This document shows positions 1 through 10,272 of a stretch of 64,000 nt of DNA, one piece after another. Below the pieces are notes generated by a model. The model worked only from the letters and a program-made list of their open reading frames with translations. It made no database searches and had not been told where the DNA came from. A program made the position numbers and the translations under genes. The stretch is from an uncultured cyanobacterium (GTDB lineage Bacteria; Cyanobacteriota; Cyanobacteriia; Cyanobacteriales; Microcystaceae). Position 1 is the stretch's first letter. Every line of letters starts with the position of its first letter. The stretch spans positions 1 through 64,000 of the forward strand of contig CAWEDJ010000093.1 in assembly GCA_963807635.1 (NCBI GenBank), in the 5' to 3' direction.

Positions 1-288
1 GATTTCCATCTTTTTTAATGCATAGGATATTGCACTTAAATGCACTCCGAACTTTTTTGCTCTCGTTACTAATCTGTCATTGGGATTTTCTTTTACATCT
101 TTTTCTAACGCTTTCCAATCTAATTTTCGATTACGATGTTCTACTATTGTTGGTGCTAGATTTTCTCTTCCCAACCACCGATATATTGTTGCCCTGCCTA
201 CCTGATAGATTTTTGCTGCATGGGTTGCACTTCCTCCTTTTTCCACAAAATCTATCACTCTTTTTCTTAAGTCTAGACTGTAAGGCAT
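1..288 (-). CDS. IS630-family transposase, N-terminal HTH part (partial; not in the ORF track)
   Basis: Manual translation: MPYSLDLRKRVIDFVEKGGSATHAAKIYQVGRATIYRWLGRENL...KLDWKALEKDVKENP. This is a typical IS630 HTH start. Confidence 0.88.
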   Translation of the reverse strand, partial: MPYSLDLRKRVIDFVEKGGSATHAAKIYQVGRATIYRWLGRENLAPTIVEHRNRKLDWKALEKDVKENPNDRLVTRAKKFGVHLSAISYALKKMEI

Positions 289-363
289 ATTTTTCAATCC
301 TTTTATGTTTTTTAACCAGTATACATCATTTTTTTATTGTCTCATCCTTATCTAAAATGACTA
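1..363 (-). mobile_element. Left part of an IS630-family (ISY100-like) insertion sequence, cut by the window edge
   Basis: The reverse complement of 341-365 reads TA-TAGTCATTTTAGATAAGGATGAG, resembling the ISY100 terminus as I recall it, with a TA target. The transposase start follows at 288. Confidence 0.8.
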
Positions 364-486
364 TATCTAAACTTAAATCCACATCCAAGGATTGAGAGTT
401 TGTTCTTTAGGATTGATTAGCTCAATATCGGCATAAACTAAACCCATTATTGTTGACCTCAAAAATTAACGTTTCTGTTATTTATT

Positions 487-2798
487 TTAAACCTTTAAAC
501 GACGAGCGATTCGCGGTTTGCCAAGGTTCCGTTATACTTGCTAAATCTAAATCAATTAAAGCTTGATTTTCAGAATTTAAAATCGTTAAATTTCCGAAAG
601 AAGTTCCCACAATGCCTAACTTTTGCCAAGCATTATTTAAACTGGATTGTAAATAACTTTCCCATTCAGATTGGAATTCAGGTTTAACCGAAACCACAAT
701 TTTGCTTGCCGCTTCTCCAAACAGTTGTTCATCCAAACGTTGCTCAGAATTCGAGAGGGTAATCTCCGCTCCCAATTTTCCACTAATCGAACTTTCAGCC
801 AACGCGATCGCCAAACCTCCTTCTGCACAATCATGGGCCGAATTTAACCAATCCTGACGAATGCCATGACGACAGACCGCTTGTACCTGTTTTTCTAATT
901 CAAAATCCAGACTAGGCGGTTGACCCGCTACGGTTTGGTGAAGAACGGCGAGATATTCCGATCCCCCTAAAACATTTTGAGTATTATTTCCCAATAAATA
1001 AATCAAATCCCCCGATTGTTGCCAAGCCTGACCGACAATTTTACTTAAATCGGGAATTAAACCCACCATACCAATCACAGGAGTCGGATAAATGGGCTGG
1101 GGTTTCCCGTCAGAATCGAGAGTTTCATTATATAAAGACACATTCCCGCCCGTCACAGGAGTATTTAATGCTCGGCAAGCATCCGCAATCCCCTGACAAG
1201 CCGTTGCGAGTTGCCAATAACCCACAGGATTTTCGGGACTGCCAAAATTCAAATTATCCGTCACCGCTAAGGGTTCTGCTCCGACACAACTGAGATTACG
1301 GGCGGCCTTCTGCTACAGCAAGTTTTGCTCCTGCGTAGGGATTGAGGTAAACATAACGGGAATTGCAATCCGTTGTCGCTGCTACCCCAATGGTGCAATC
1401 TGCGGGATTAGCATGAATGGGACGTACTCGAATGACCGCCGCATCGGCTCCCCCAGGCAACAAAACGGTATTATTTTGAACTTGATGGTCGTATTGGCGA
1501 TAAACCCAGGCTTTAGAAGCGATCGTGGGACTGTCTAACAGTTGTTTTAAAACGTCATTCCAGCTTAAAAATTGACCGTTAATCTCGATGCCCTCGGCTT
1601 GAGGAGTGGGTAACTGAGCGGTTGTCCATTGCCAAGCGGTTTGGGCATAGGCTGGGGCTTCGGCTAATAATTCACGGTGATAGATGGGCGTATTATCGGC
1701 GAGGGCTGTGGCGGTAATTTCGGCGGCAATTTCTCCTTGGAATAAAATGCGGACAATGGGTTCAGCGATCACGGTTCCTGCGACAACGGCTTGCAATTCC
1801 CAACGATGGAAAATATCAATGAGTTCCTGTTCCCGACCTTTTTGAGCAACAAATAACATCCGTTCCTGGGATTCTGAAAGCAAATATTCGTAGGGGATCA
1901 TGCCCGTTTCTCGCACGGGAATTTTGTCTAAATCGAGTTCAATCCCGACCCCACCTTTGGCCGCCATTTCCGAAGTCGAACAGGTAATGCCCGCCGCTCC
2001 CATATCCTGGGCTGCGACCACTGCTCCTGTTTTAAAGGCTTCTAAACAGGCTTCAATTAAGGATTTTTCAAGAAAAGGATCTCCCACTTGTACCGCAGGG
2101 CGATCGCTCATGGATTCATCGGTTAACTCGGCACTGGCAAAACTCGCGCCTCCCATACCGTCTCTTCCTGTGGTGGAACCGACATACAAAACAGGATTAC
2201 CAATACCTGCGGCTCCCGATTTAACAATTTCTTCGGTTTCCATTAATCCCAAAGCCATCGCATTAACTAAGGGATTACCTGAATAGGCGGGATCGAAATA
2301 AACTTCCCCTCCAACAGTTGCGACCCCGACACAATTGCCATAGTGTGAAATTCCATCGACGACTCCCATAAATATGCGACGATTACGGGCATCATCCAAG
2401 TTACCGAAACGCAAGGAATTTAAAATGGCGATCGGTCTGGCTCCCATTGTGAAAATATCGCGTAAAATTCCCCCGACTCCTGTGGCCGCGCCTTGAAAGG
2501 GTTCTACTGCGGAAGGATGATTATGGGATTCAATTTTAAAAGCTAGTTGCAATCCGTTACCCAAATCCACTACGCCCGCATTTTCCCCTGGCCCGACCAA
2601 AACGCGATCGCCTGTAGTGGGAAAATTTTTGAGGAGGGGGCGCGAGTTTTTATAACAACAATGTTCTGACCACATGACCCCAAACATCCCTAGTTCGGCT
2701 CTGTTGGGATGTCTGCCCAGCCGTTGGACAATATCGGCATATTCTTCGGGCTTGAGTCCTTGGTTGGCGATTTCGGCGGGGGTAAAGGGAGTGGTCAT
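487..2798 (-). CDS. purL: Phosphoribosylformylglycinamidine synthase subunit PurL (frameshifts near 1305 and 510, probably sequence errors)
   Basis: Motifs [40 protein letters not shown] and SAHDCAEGG lie across ORFs 1296..2798 and 482..1264. Confidence 0.95.
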
Positions 2799-3048
2799 GG
2801 GTTTAGGGTTGTTAAAATAGATCTGAGTGGGAACCTGAACGAACGAGAAAAAGATGATTGTCTGAGATTTTATAAATTAAAACCCAATCGGGTTCTATAT
2901 GGCAATCTCTATGATTTTTCCAATTCCCTGTTAGAGCATGATCTTTGTATTTAAAATCAAGTTCTTGATTTTTGAGTAGTTTTTCAATGACAATTTTTAG
3001 TTTCTCGATATTTTTACCACGTTTTGTAGGCGTTTAACATCTTTTTTA

Positions 3049-4109
3049 CAGCAATTTCCGATCAAACGCACCACGAAAAAGCTATCTCAAAGGCTCAAAG
3101 TAGAGACCACAATGTTGGAACCAATCAAGAGCATTTTCATCAGTAATGGTATTGATCGCATTAGTAATAGCTTCGTCAAGAGCCTCGATTGTTCGAGCTT
3201 TAGCAGAGCGAATAATTTCTTTTAATTTAGACCAACACAACTCAATTGGTGATAAATCTGGCGAATAGGAAGGTAAAAATTTAACCTTGGCTCCAACAGA
3301 TTCAATCAGATTTGTAGTGACGGTAGCGTAATGTACAGACAAATTATCCATCACGACAATTGCCCCTGCCCATAACTGAGGTAATAATACTTGCTCAATA
3401 AAGACTAAAAAACTATCGGTATTTAGACTGCCAGGAAAGGTCATTGAGGCAATCAAACCTTCATCACTCATCGCCCCAATTAAAGTGATGTTTTGTCCTT
3501 TATTTCCTGGACGCTCATCATAAACCCTTTCTCCTCCCAGACAACGCGCATAGAGTCTTACCATCGCTAGATTAAGACCCGTCTCATCAATGAATATCAG
3601 GTTTCTTATATCTATCGTCTCTAGCCAACGTCTAAATTCATAACGCGATTCTTTAACCTTTTCTGTGCCTTGCTCACTTGCTACTAATGTTTTTTTTTTA
3701 CGCCCTAATTCTAAACGTGTAAGAGTTCGACTTACCCCCGATATACTTACTTCTATTCCTTTCTCTTGTTGCAATTTTTCTTGGATTTCTCGTAAATATA
3801 TATCATTTTGTTCTGCAACTATTTTTTTTAATAATTCTTCGTCTTCACCCTTTATCTTTGAACGGCGATCTCCCCCTTGGGGTTTGGGTGCTATTTCATT
3901 TGTTTGTCGATACCGACGTAAAAAATCGCGAACGAAAGATAAGCTAACCTTAAATCGTTTTGCTAAACCTCTTTGAGTATTTTCTTGGTTTTGCCATGCC
4001 GTTAGTATTCTTTGGCGTAAATCTAGCGAATATGCTGCCATATCTCATTAATTTTTTTAAGTTTTTTTCATGTTACCATACTTGTAGCGGGTTTGAACGA
4101 AATTTGCTG
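3049..4109 (-). mobile_element. Complete IS630-family insertion sequence with TA target duplication
   Basis: Imperfect TIRs: CAGCAATTTCCGATCAAAC (from 3049) versus the reverse complement of the other end, CAGCAAATTTCGTTCAAAC. TA at 3047-3048 and 4110-4111. Confidence 0.92.
3082..4041 (-). CDS. IS630-family transposase
   Basis: AYSLDLR HTH start and DDE motifs FIDETG, VMDNLSVH and PSYSPDLSPIE. Confidence 0.96.
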   Translation of the reverse strand: MAAYSLDLRQRILTAWQNQENTQRGLAKRFKVSLSFVRDFLRRYRQTNEIAPKPQGGDRRSKIKGEDEELLKKIVAEQNDIYLREIQEKLQQEKGIEVSISGVSRTLTRLELGRKKKTLVASEQGTEKVKESRYEFRRWLETIDIRNLIFIDETGLNLAMVRLYARCLGGERVYDERPGNKGQNITLIGAMSDEGLIASMTFPGSLNTDSFLVFIEQVLLPQLWAGAIVVMDNLSVHYATVTTNLIESVGAKVKFLPSYSPDLSPIELCWSKLKEIIRSAKARTIEALDEAITNAINTITDENALDWFQHCGLYFEPLR

Positions 4110-4141
4110 TAAATTGGTTTTCAACAATCAGAGATAACATT

Positions 4142-4277
4142 AGACCTGTTGGGATATAACTATTAAAATGGCTCAAAGCCTTATGTAGTCTGGGTTCCAG
4201 CGATCATGGAAAGAAGTCGTTCAAAAGCTTGCCAGGTAAGGGTTTCAAGGATTTTGAGCTTATATCCCAACAACTCT
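4142..4277. mobile_element. 136-bp MITE with terminal inverted repeats
   Basis: AGACCTGTTGGGATATAA at the left end and TTATATCCCAACAACTCT at the right end. ATT flanks both sides (4139-4141 and 4278-4280). No long ORF inside. Confidence 0.8.
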
Positions 4278-4278
4278 A

Positions 4279-4539
4279 TTAGATACCCATTTCTCGATAA
4301 AAGTCGTCTTGATTGTTATAAATGCTCAAGTTTTTTCCCTCTTCAACATTTTTAATGGCTTGTTGAGTTTTTGCGTTGAAGTCGTCAATGGTATATTTTT
4401 GTTCAGCAATACGTTTTTCTTTTTCTGATTTTTTAAGAAGTTCAATCAAGTTTTTCTGAATATAAATTGCAAGGCTATCCTGTTGGTCTTCAGGTAATTG
4501 AGCAATTTGATCAAAGGTTTGTTGAATAAGTTTTGTCAT
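4279..4539 (-). CDS. Putative type II antitoxin, partner of yafQ
   Basis: Small protein (MTKLIQQTFDQIAQLPEDQQD...FNAKTQQAIKNVEEGKNL) with a DinJ/RelB-like C-terminus, directly upstream of yafQ. Confidence 0.7.
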   Translation of the reverse strand: MTKLIQQTFDQIAQLPEDQQDSLAIYIQKNLIELLKKSEKEKRIAEQKYTIDDFNAKTQQAIKNVEEGKNLSIYNNQDDFYREMGI

Positions 4540-4590
4540 TTTGAACTTTTCCTGAGTGGAGAAAAAAATTAATTTAAGGCGCGATCGCTT

Positions 4591-4778
4591 TTTAAGAATT
4601 AGTTCTAGCAATAGTGGATTGAAGTTCTGCTTCGACTAAATCTTCTAATTTTTGCTGTTGGGCGATCGCCAATGTTGTTGATCCCTAGCGATCTGTCGAG
4701 GTCAGTTTTCCCGCTACGGCTTGATAGAGGGTTTCTCTATCGGGACTAGAAATGGGTAATATAGAAACGGTAGCCATG
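4591..4778 (-). pseudogene. Remnant of a small cyanobacterial hypothetical gene
   Basis: MATVSILPISSPDRETLYQAVAGK...*...QQQKLEDLVEAELQSTIART has an internal stop. It looks like the two termini of a longer protein with the middle missing (family recalled, not searched). Confidence 0.4.
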
Positions 4779-4975
4779 ATGATATGAGAAGAAAGTACAG
4801 CATTGGGGATGCAAACTATTGTATCGTAAAGTTAGCTGAGGAGAAGATTATGAAAGGGCGATCGCTGTCTTCTACATTAGAAGAATTATCTGTTTCTGTA
4901 ATGAATTAATTATGTTTTTCCGTTATTCTAAACATCGCTAGCTTTGTTAACTGTCTTTTACGAGGAATTTAATTT

Positions 4976-5821
4976 ATGCCAAAGTCCGAAAAAGATAAAC
5001 AAGCAAAAATAGAAATGCGAGCAAAAATAGAAAATTTATTGGGTTCCTCACTTCAGAAAAAAGGAAGTCGAGACGTTTTCTATTCTAAAGAGTTTGATCT
5101 CGCTTTTTATTTAAAATACGCTAGTAAGGAGACGGATAAAGATACAGTTCGGGCATGGTCTTATTTTCCAGGGAATTACCCTCTATTAGATCAGGCTAAA
5201 ACTTTCATGGTTTTTATACTAGAAATAAACGTAAGTATTTTTATCCCTTTTAATATTTTAATAAAAGAAGCTCATAAAATAAGATTAGAAACAAAATCCG
5301 ATGGAACATATAAGGTTCATATTAATGCCTCAGATATAAATAATATTTTTATGGAGGAAATTCCTGATCTTAATCTGAAGCAATATTGTAATCGTTTTCT
5401 TATCAGACAGAAAGAGTTTTTTATATCTAACTCTAATTTAGATAATCAAAGTATAGAAAAAGATATTTCTTCGCCATTAAAATCACATTACAGAGAAGGT
5501 AATATCAAAGAAGCTTTGTACAATCAATATGAACGTGATCCACAAGCTAGAACGAAATGTATAGAGATTCATGGCTTAAATTGTCATATTTGTGGATTTA
5601 ACTTCCAGAAATTTTATGGAGATTATGGTAGCAACTTTATTCATGTTCATCATTTAGTTCCAATCTCTAAAATTGGTGAGAATTATGAAGTTAATCCCGA
5701 AAAAGACTTAATCCCTTTATGCGCTAATTGCCATGCAATTGTTCACAGAACCGATCCACCTTATACGCCTCGACAAGTAAAAGAAGCCATAAACTTATCT
5801 ACCGAAGATAAAGGATCATAA
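4976..5821 (+). CDS. HNH endonuclease with McrA-like C-terminal domain
   Basis: YERDPQAR..C..HG..CHICGFNF..YG...FIHVHHL.P...DLIPLCANCHAIVH. The gene is AT-rich. Confidence 0.88.
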   Translation: MPKSEKDKQAKIEMRAKIENLLGSSLQKKGSRDVFYSKEFDLAFYLKYASKETDKDTVRAWSYFPGNYPLLDQAKTFMVFILEINVSIFIPFNILIKEAHKIRLETKSDGTYKVHINASDINNIFMEEIPDLNLKQYCNRFLIRQKEFFISNSNLDNQSIEKDISSPLKSHYREGNIKEALYNQYERDPQARTKCIEIHGLNCHICGFNFQKFYGDYGSNFIHVHHLVPISKIGENYEVNPEKDLIPLCANCHAIVHRTDPPYTPRQVKEAINLSTEDKGS

Positions 5822-5877
5822 ACCGCGATCGCCCTCTTTCCAAATTTACAAAAATAAACCGTGATCGCTAACCTAAC

Positions 5878-6686
5878 CTAACGTAACGGCCACCAGGAAA
5901 CCTTGTCTCGCGTTGCACTATAAACCTCTTTTAATTCCTCTGGCGCGATCGCCGTAATCCAGTCCCCTGATTCGCCTTTACTCATTTCAATTAGACCCAC
6001 TTGTTGCATTCCTTTGAGAACTTGTTCTACCGTTCTTTGGTTCAACTGACAAGCACGGGCAATCACATCAATGGGGAGATCAAAACAGTAATTTCCTATA
6101 GAATTGGGTTGATTTCCTAAAGCTCTTTCTTGATAAATTAAGGCACGAAATAGAGTCGCGACGGCTTGAGGTGGATAGGTACTGCAATTGAGTAGATGAT
6201 ATTCAAACTTTGCTCGTAATTCAAACAACATTCGGTAATGTTCCCGAAAAATCTCACTCTCGTCATAAATTTTTTGAATAATGTGCCAATCAATTTTAAT
6301 AACGTGGGTCGTCTTATAGGTTTCCACTAAACAAGGAAACGCTTTGCTCGCCAAACCATAACCAAAGGGCAAACTCCGCATCCCAAAACAACTACCAGCG
6401 TAGGTAATGGCAATAATTCGGTCTAAGGGCGTACTGCGAGTGATGACAAAACCCTCATCTAGGACGACATAGAGGACATCTAAGGATTGCTCAGGCAAAA
6501 ACGCCGTATAGAGAGGACGGTTAGAAAAGAGCTTTTCGATTTTCAAGTCCTGGGGGATAGATAATTTTCTAGCCAATTTGCGTCCAATCCTCGGAACAGA
6601 TAATTTTTTTCAACGAGTGCGGGAAGAGTGGCGCACGTTGAAGATGCACCTGGGGCGATCGCGTTTTCTGGGGTCTGTTTTGCCAT
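5878..6686 (-). CDS. Crp/Fnr-family transcriptional regulator (frameshift near 6552)
   Basis: cNMP-domain-like N-terminal part (NYLFRGLD...GSCFG) and C-terminal HTH (LPIDVIARACQLNQRTVEQVL). Divergent from sbpA. Confidence 0.75.
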
Positions 6687-6879
6687 GTCTAAATTCCTTA
6701 AAACCCTTAGAAATCAAGGTTTATTGTGCCACTAGGTCTCTAACTTGATCATGACACATAAGCAGAATTTTTTATGGCTCAATTAAATTTGTGTTCAAAA
6801 TGTATTGCATTACGAGTCAAAATGATATAGAGTTGTGTTTCAGTTTAATTGTAGTACTTTCACTTTTGGTTTCCTTGTA

Positions 6880-7905
6880 ATGAACACTAAATTGTTGTAT
6901 CCCCTTGGTTTTCTGATGATTGCTGGACTTGTGGCCGAACAAATTCTGTCCCAACCCGCCTTAAGTCAACAAAAAGCCAAAAATGTTGAAATTACGTTGG
7001 TATCCTACGCGGTCACTCGCAGTGCCTACGAAAAAATTATTCCCAAATTTGTTGCTAAGTGGCAAAAAGAAAAAGGGCAAAAAGTGACCTTTAAGCAAAG
7101 TTACGGAGGCTCAGGTTCCCAAACTCGTGCTGTGATTGATGGACTTAGAGCGGATGTCGTTCAGTTGGCTCTAGAGTCGGATGTGGATAAAATTCAAAAA
7201 GCTGGACTCATTCAATCGGGTTGGCAAAAAGAATCCCCCAACAACAGTATTGTTACTAAATCGGTTATTGCCTTGGTCACTCGTGCAGGCAATCCCAAAA
7301 AAATCAAAGGTTGGTCAGATTTAGCCCGTCCAGACGTAAAAACTATCACTGCTAATCCCAAAACCTCTGGGGTTGCCCGTTGGAATTTTTTAGGACTCTG
7401 GGGTTCCGTTACTCAAACAGGCGGTAACGATGCTAAGGCACGGGAATTTACGACAAAAGTTTATAACAATGTACCTGTTTTACCGAAAGATGCCCGTGAA
7501 GCCTCTGATGTTTTCTATAAACAAAATCAAGGGGATGTCTTGCTCAACTATGAAAATGAAATTCTTTTAGCTAAATCCAGAGGAGAGACAGAACCTTACA
7601 TTATCCCACCCGTCAATATTTCTATTGATGCTCCCGTTGCGGTAGTGGATAAAAATGCAAATAAAAACGGGACTCAAGAAGTCGCTACTGCGTTTGTAAA
7701 ATACCTTTTTACTCCTGAATCTCAAGAAGAATTTGCCAAAGTCGGTTTCCGTCCCGTTAATGGAGCGGTTGCGAGTAAGTACGCCAGCAAATTTCCAAAG
7801 GTTCCCAAACTTTACACAGTCAGTGCTTTTGGGGGATGGGGAGTGGTTCAGAACAAATTTTTCAAAGATGGTGGCGTTTTTGATCAAGTGTTCCAAGCCA
7901 AATAG
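6880..7905 (+). CDS. sbpA: Sulfate ABC transporter substrate-binding protein (copy 1)
   Basis: QSYGGSGSQTRAVIDGL, ANPKTSGVARW, GDVLLNYENE, plus a signal peptide. Confidence 0.95.
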   Translation: MNTKLLYPLGFLMIAGLVAEQILSQPALSQQKAKNVEITLVSYAVTRSAYEKIIPKFVAKWQKEKGQKVTFKQSYGGSGSQTRAVIDGLRADVVQLALESDVDKIQKAGLIQSGWQKESPNNSIVTKSVIALVTRAGNPKKIKGWSDLARPDVKTITANPKTSGVARWNFLGLWGSVTQTGGNDAKAREFTTKVYNNVPVLPKDAREASDVFYKQNQGDVLLNYENEILLAKSRGETEPYIIPPVNISIDAPVAVVDKNANKNGTQEVATAFVKYLFTPESQEEFAKVGFRPVNGAVASKYASKFPKVPKLYTVSAFGGWGVVQNKFFKDGGVFDQVFQAK

Positions 7906-7995
7906 TGGATTAGGATCTCCTAATAATTTTCTAGGGTAGGCTTCTCGTCTGCCCTTTTCCTAGTATTTGGAGTGATCAAGCGCAGAAATCAAAGC

Positions 7996-8775
7996 TTAAT
8001 AAAAATCTGAATTACAAATCATTCCATCCTTAAAAATGAGTAATTTTTCTGGAGAAATCTTTGTCCAACATTCATTATCTGTCAACGGAAGAGTCGCAAT
8101 GATAGCCACGCAATCGCCTGGATTAGTTAGTGCCTGAAAATCGACAGTAACATCTTCATCAATTAAATGGGCGGCGTAAAAAGGAGCTTGGCGAACAAGA
8201 TAATGTAATTGTGTAGAACAGTAGGCAAAGAGATATTCTCCATTCGATAGCAAATAATTAAAAATTCCTTGTTCAGCAAGCAGTTTTGTCGTTGTTTTTA
8301 GGATTGAATAAATTTTTTCTAAAGTCGGCTTCCCTTCAGGACAATTTTGACGTAGCGTTTCTAAGAGTAAACAAAAGGCTTTTTCACTATCAGTGTTACC
8401 CACAGGCTGATAAACATTATTCAATTCAGGTTCAAAATTCTCTAGATTTCCATTATGAGCAAAAACCCAATATTGCCCCCATAATTCACGCTGAAAAGGA
8501 TGACAATTTTCTAAACTAATTTTGCCTTGAGTTGCCTTCCGAATATGAGCGACTACATTTTTTGATTTAATAGGATATTGTTTGATTAATTGAGCAATAG
8601 GGGAAGTGATTGAAGGGTGATGATCTAAAAATAAACGGCAACCTAAGTCTTCAAAAAAAGCAATTCCCCATCCATCTCGATGTTCATCGGTTTTACCACC
8701 CCTCGCGCAAAAACCTTCAAAGGAAAAACAAATATCCGTTGATACATTACAGTTCATACCGAGAAGTTGACACAT
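7996..8775 (-). CDS. Class II glutamine amidotransferase (YafJ-like)
   Basis: N-terminal MCQLLG nucleophile Cys, DGWGIAF, AHIRKAT, NCHPF, FAHNG and TDSE. Confidence 0.92.
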   Translation of the reverse strand: MCQLLGMNCNVSTDICFSFEGFCARGGKTDEHRDGWGIAFFEDLGCRLFLDHHPSITSPIAQLIKQYPIKSKNVVAHIRKATQGKISLENCHPFQRELWGQYWVFAHNGNLENFEPELNNVYQPVGNTDSEKAFCLLLETLRQNCPEGKPTLEKIYSILKTTTKLLAEQGIFNYLLSNGEYLFAYCSTQLHYLVRQAPFYAAHLIDEDVTVDFQALTNPGDCVAIIATLPLTDNECWTKISPEKLLIFKDGMICNSDFY

Positions 8776-9105
8776 AGCAAGATTAGACGAAATTAAACAA
8801 AGAAAGGATGAATCTTATTAATTTAGCAAAGGGACATTGAGTTTTGAAAAAAAGGGGGTTAACTTTTTTGCCTCTTAAAGATCCTATGACCGCAATCTTA
8901 CTCTAGGGGCGATCGCGATAACTGCTCATGGGCATACTTTTTCCCCTGTACCATCGTGCCAATGCGTGAAAGGGATCTTGCCTTTATTAGTTGCAATTCA
9001 GTAAAAAGTAATTCCGAAACCGCAAAATGAATTAAGATTGTTTTACAATTGTACTATAGTGCGATAGAATTGCGTTTAAGTTCTGATTCAAGTTGTTTCG
9101 GTATT

Positions 9106-10177
9106 ATGGTTCAATCTTCGGGTTTTTCTAAAGTTTTGGCGATCGCGCTTCTGTGTGGAATGGCCTGTCGGGATGCGGCAATGCGGGAGAATCTACTTCC
9201 CCCTCTTCCCCAACTCAGGCAAGTAATGGCGAACAAAAAACGATTCCATTAACGTTGGTTTCCTATGCAGTCACTCGCAATGCCTACGAAAAAATCATTC
9301 CCCTCTTTACCAAGCAATGGAAAGAAAAAACGGGACAAACGGTGACTTTTAAGCAGAGTTACGGCGGATCGGGTTCTCAAACTCGTGCCGTGATCGATGG
9401 CTTAGAAGCCGATGTGGTAGCCTTGGCTCTCAGTTCCGATGTCCAGAAAATCGAAAAAGCGGGCTTAATTCAGCCTGATTGGGAAAAAGAAGCTCCTAAC
9501 GATAGCATTGTGACTAAATCCGTGATTGCGATCGTTACCCGCGATCCTGTCTGAAAATCACAAAATGGTCTGAATTAGCCGATAAAAATTTGAAAGTGAT
9601 TACCGCCAACCCGAAAACCTCTGGAGGTGCACGATGGAATTTCCTAGGACTGTGGGGATCTGTGACTCAAACAGGGGGAACCCCTGCCAGGATTAAGAGT
9701 TTGTCGAAAAACTTTATCAAAATGTCCCCGTTTTGCCCAAAGATGCGAGGAAGCCAGTGATGCTTTTCTATAAACAAGGTCAGGGGGATGTCTTACTAAA
9801 CTACGAAAATGAAGTCATTTTAGCCAAACAAAAAGGGGAAAACTTAACCCTATTCTGTCCCGACCAATTACAATATTTCTATTGATGCACCAGTTGCGGT
9901 TGTAGCCCATAGTAATGTCGATAAACATGGAACTCGTAAAGTCGCAGAAGCCTTTGTAAAATTTCTTTTACACCCGAAGCCCAAAAAGCTTTTGCTGAAT
10001 CGGGTTTCCGTCCTGTTGATCAGACTGTGGTTAAAGAATATGTCAGTCAATATCCGACATTAAAACATCTCTTTACTGTCAAAGATCAGGGGGCTGGAAA
10101 AAGGTACAGACTGAGTTTTTTGATGACGGAGCAATTTTTGACAAATTCTCACGAAAGTTGGTAAGCCCAAAAGCTAA
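9106..10177 (+). CDS. sbpA: Sulfate-binding lipoprotein (copy 2), broken by multiple frameshifts
   Basis: Same motifs as copy 1 (QSYGGSGSQTRAVIDGL, ANPKTSGGARW, GDVLLNYENE) spread across several frames. A one-base correction gives a lipobox-like ALSGC. Confidence 0.85.
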
Positions 10178-10272
10178 AACGATTGGCGAAATGAAAGAAA
10201 TATCTTTCTAAACTAAACCCAGTTTTTTGACAACTGTTAACTTTTTTACTTCTATGATCGGAGGAGATTATT

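Larger units (their letters stand above)
2812..4140 (-). pseudogene. yafQ: YafQ-family mRNA interferase toxin interrupted by IS630
   Basis: Joining 4140-4110 to 3046-2812, and adding one A in a homopolymer, gives [88 protein letters not shown]. The DHALTGNW, CHIEPDW and GSHSDLF signatures are present. Confidence 0.9.

Noticed and set aside
18..395. 125-aa Leu/Phe-rich ORF on the + strand
   Set aside because: It is the antisense shadow of the IS630 transposase on the - strand.
2709..2954. 81-aa ORF on the + strand
   Set aside because: It is antisense to the purL start and the yafQ 3' part.
5878..6686. Naming the Crp-family regulator cysR
   Set aside because: The position is suggestive, but I cannot confirm orthology from the sequence.
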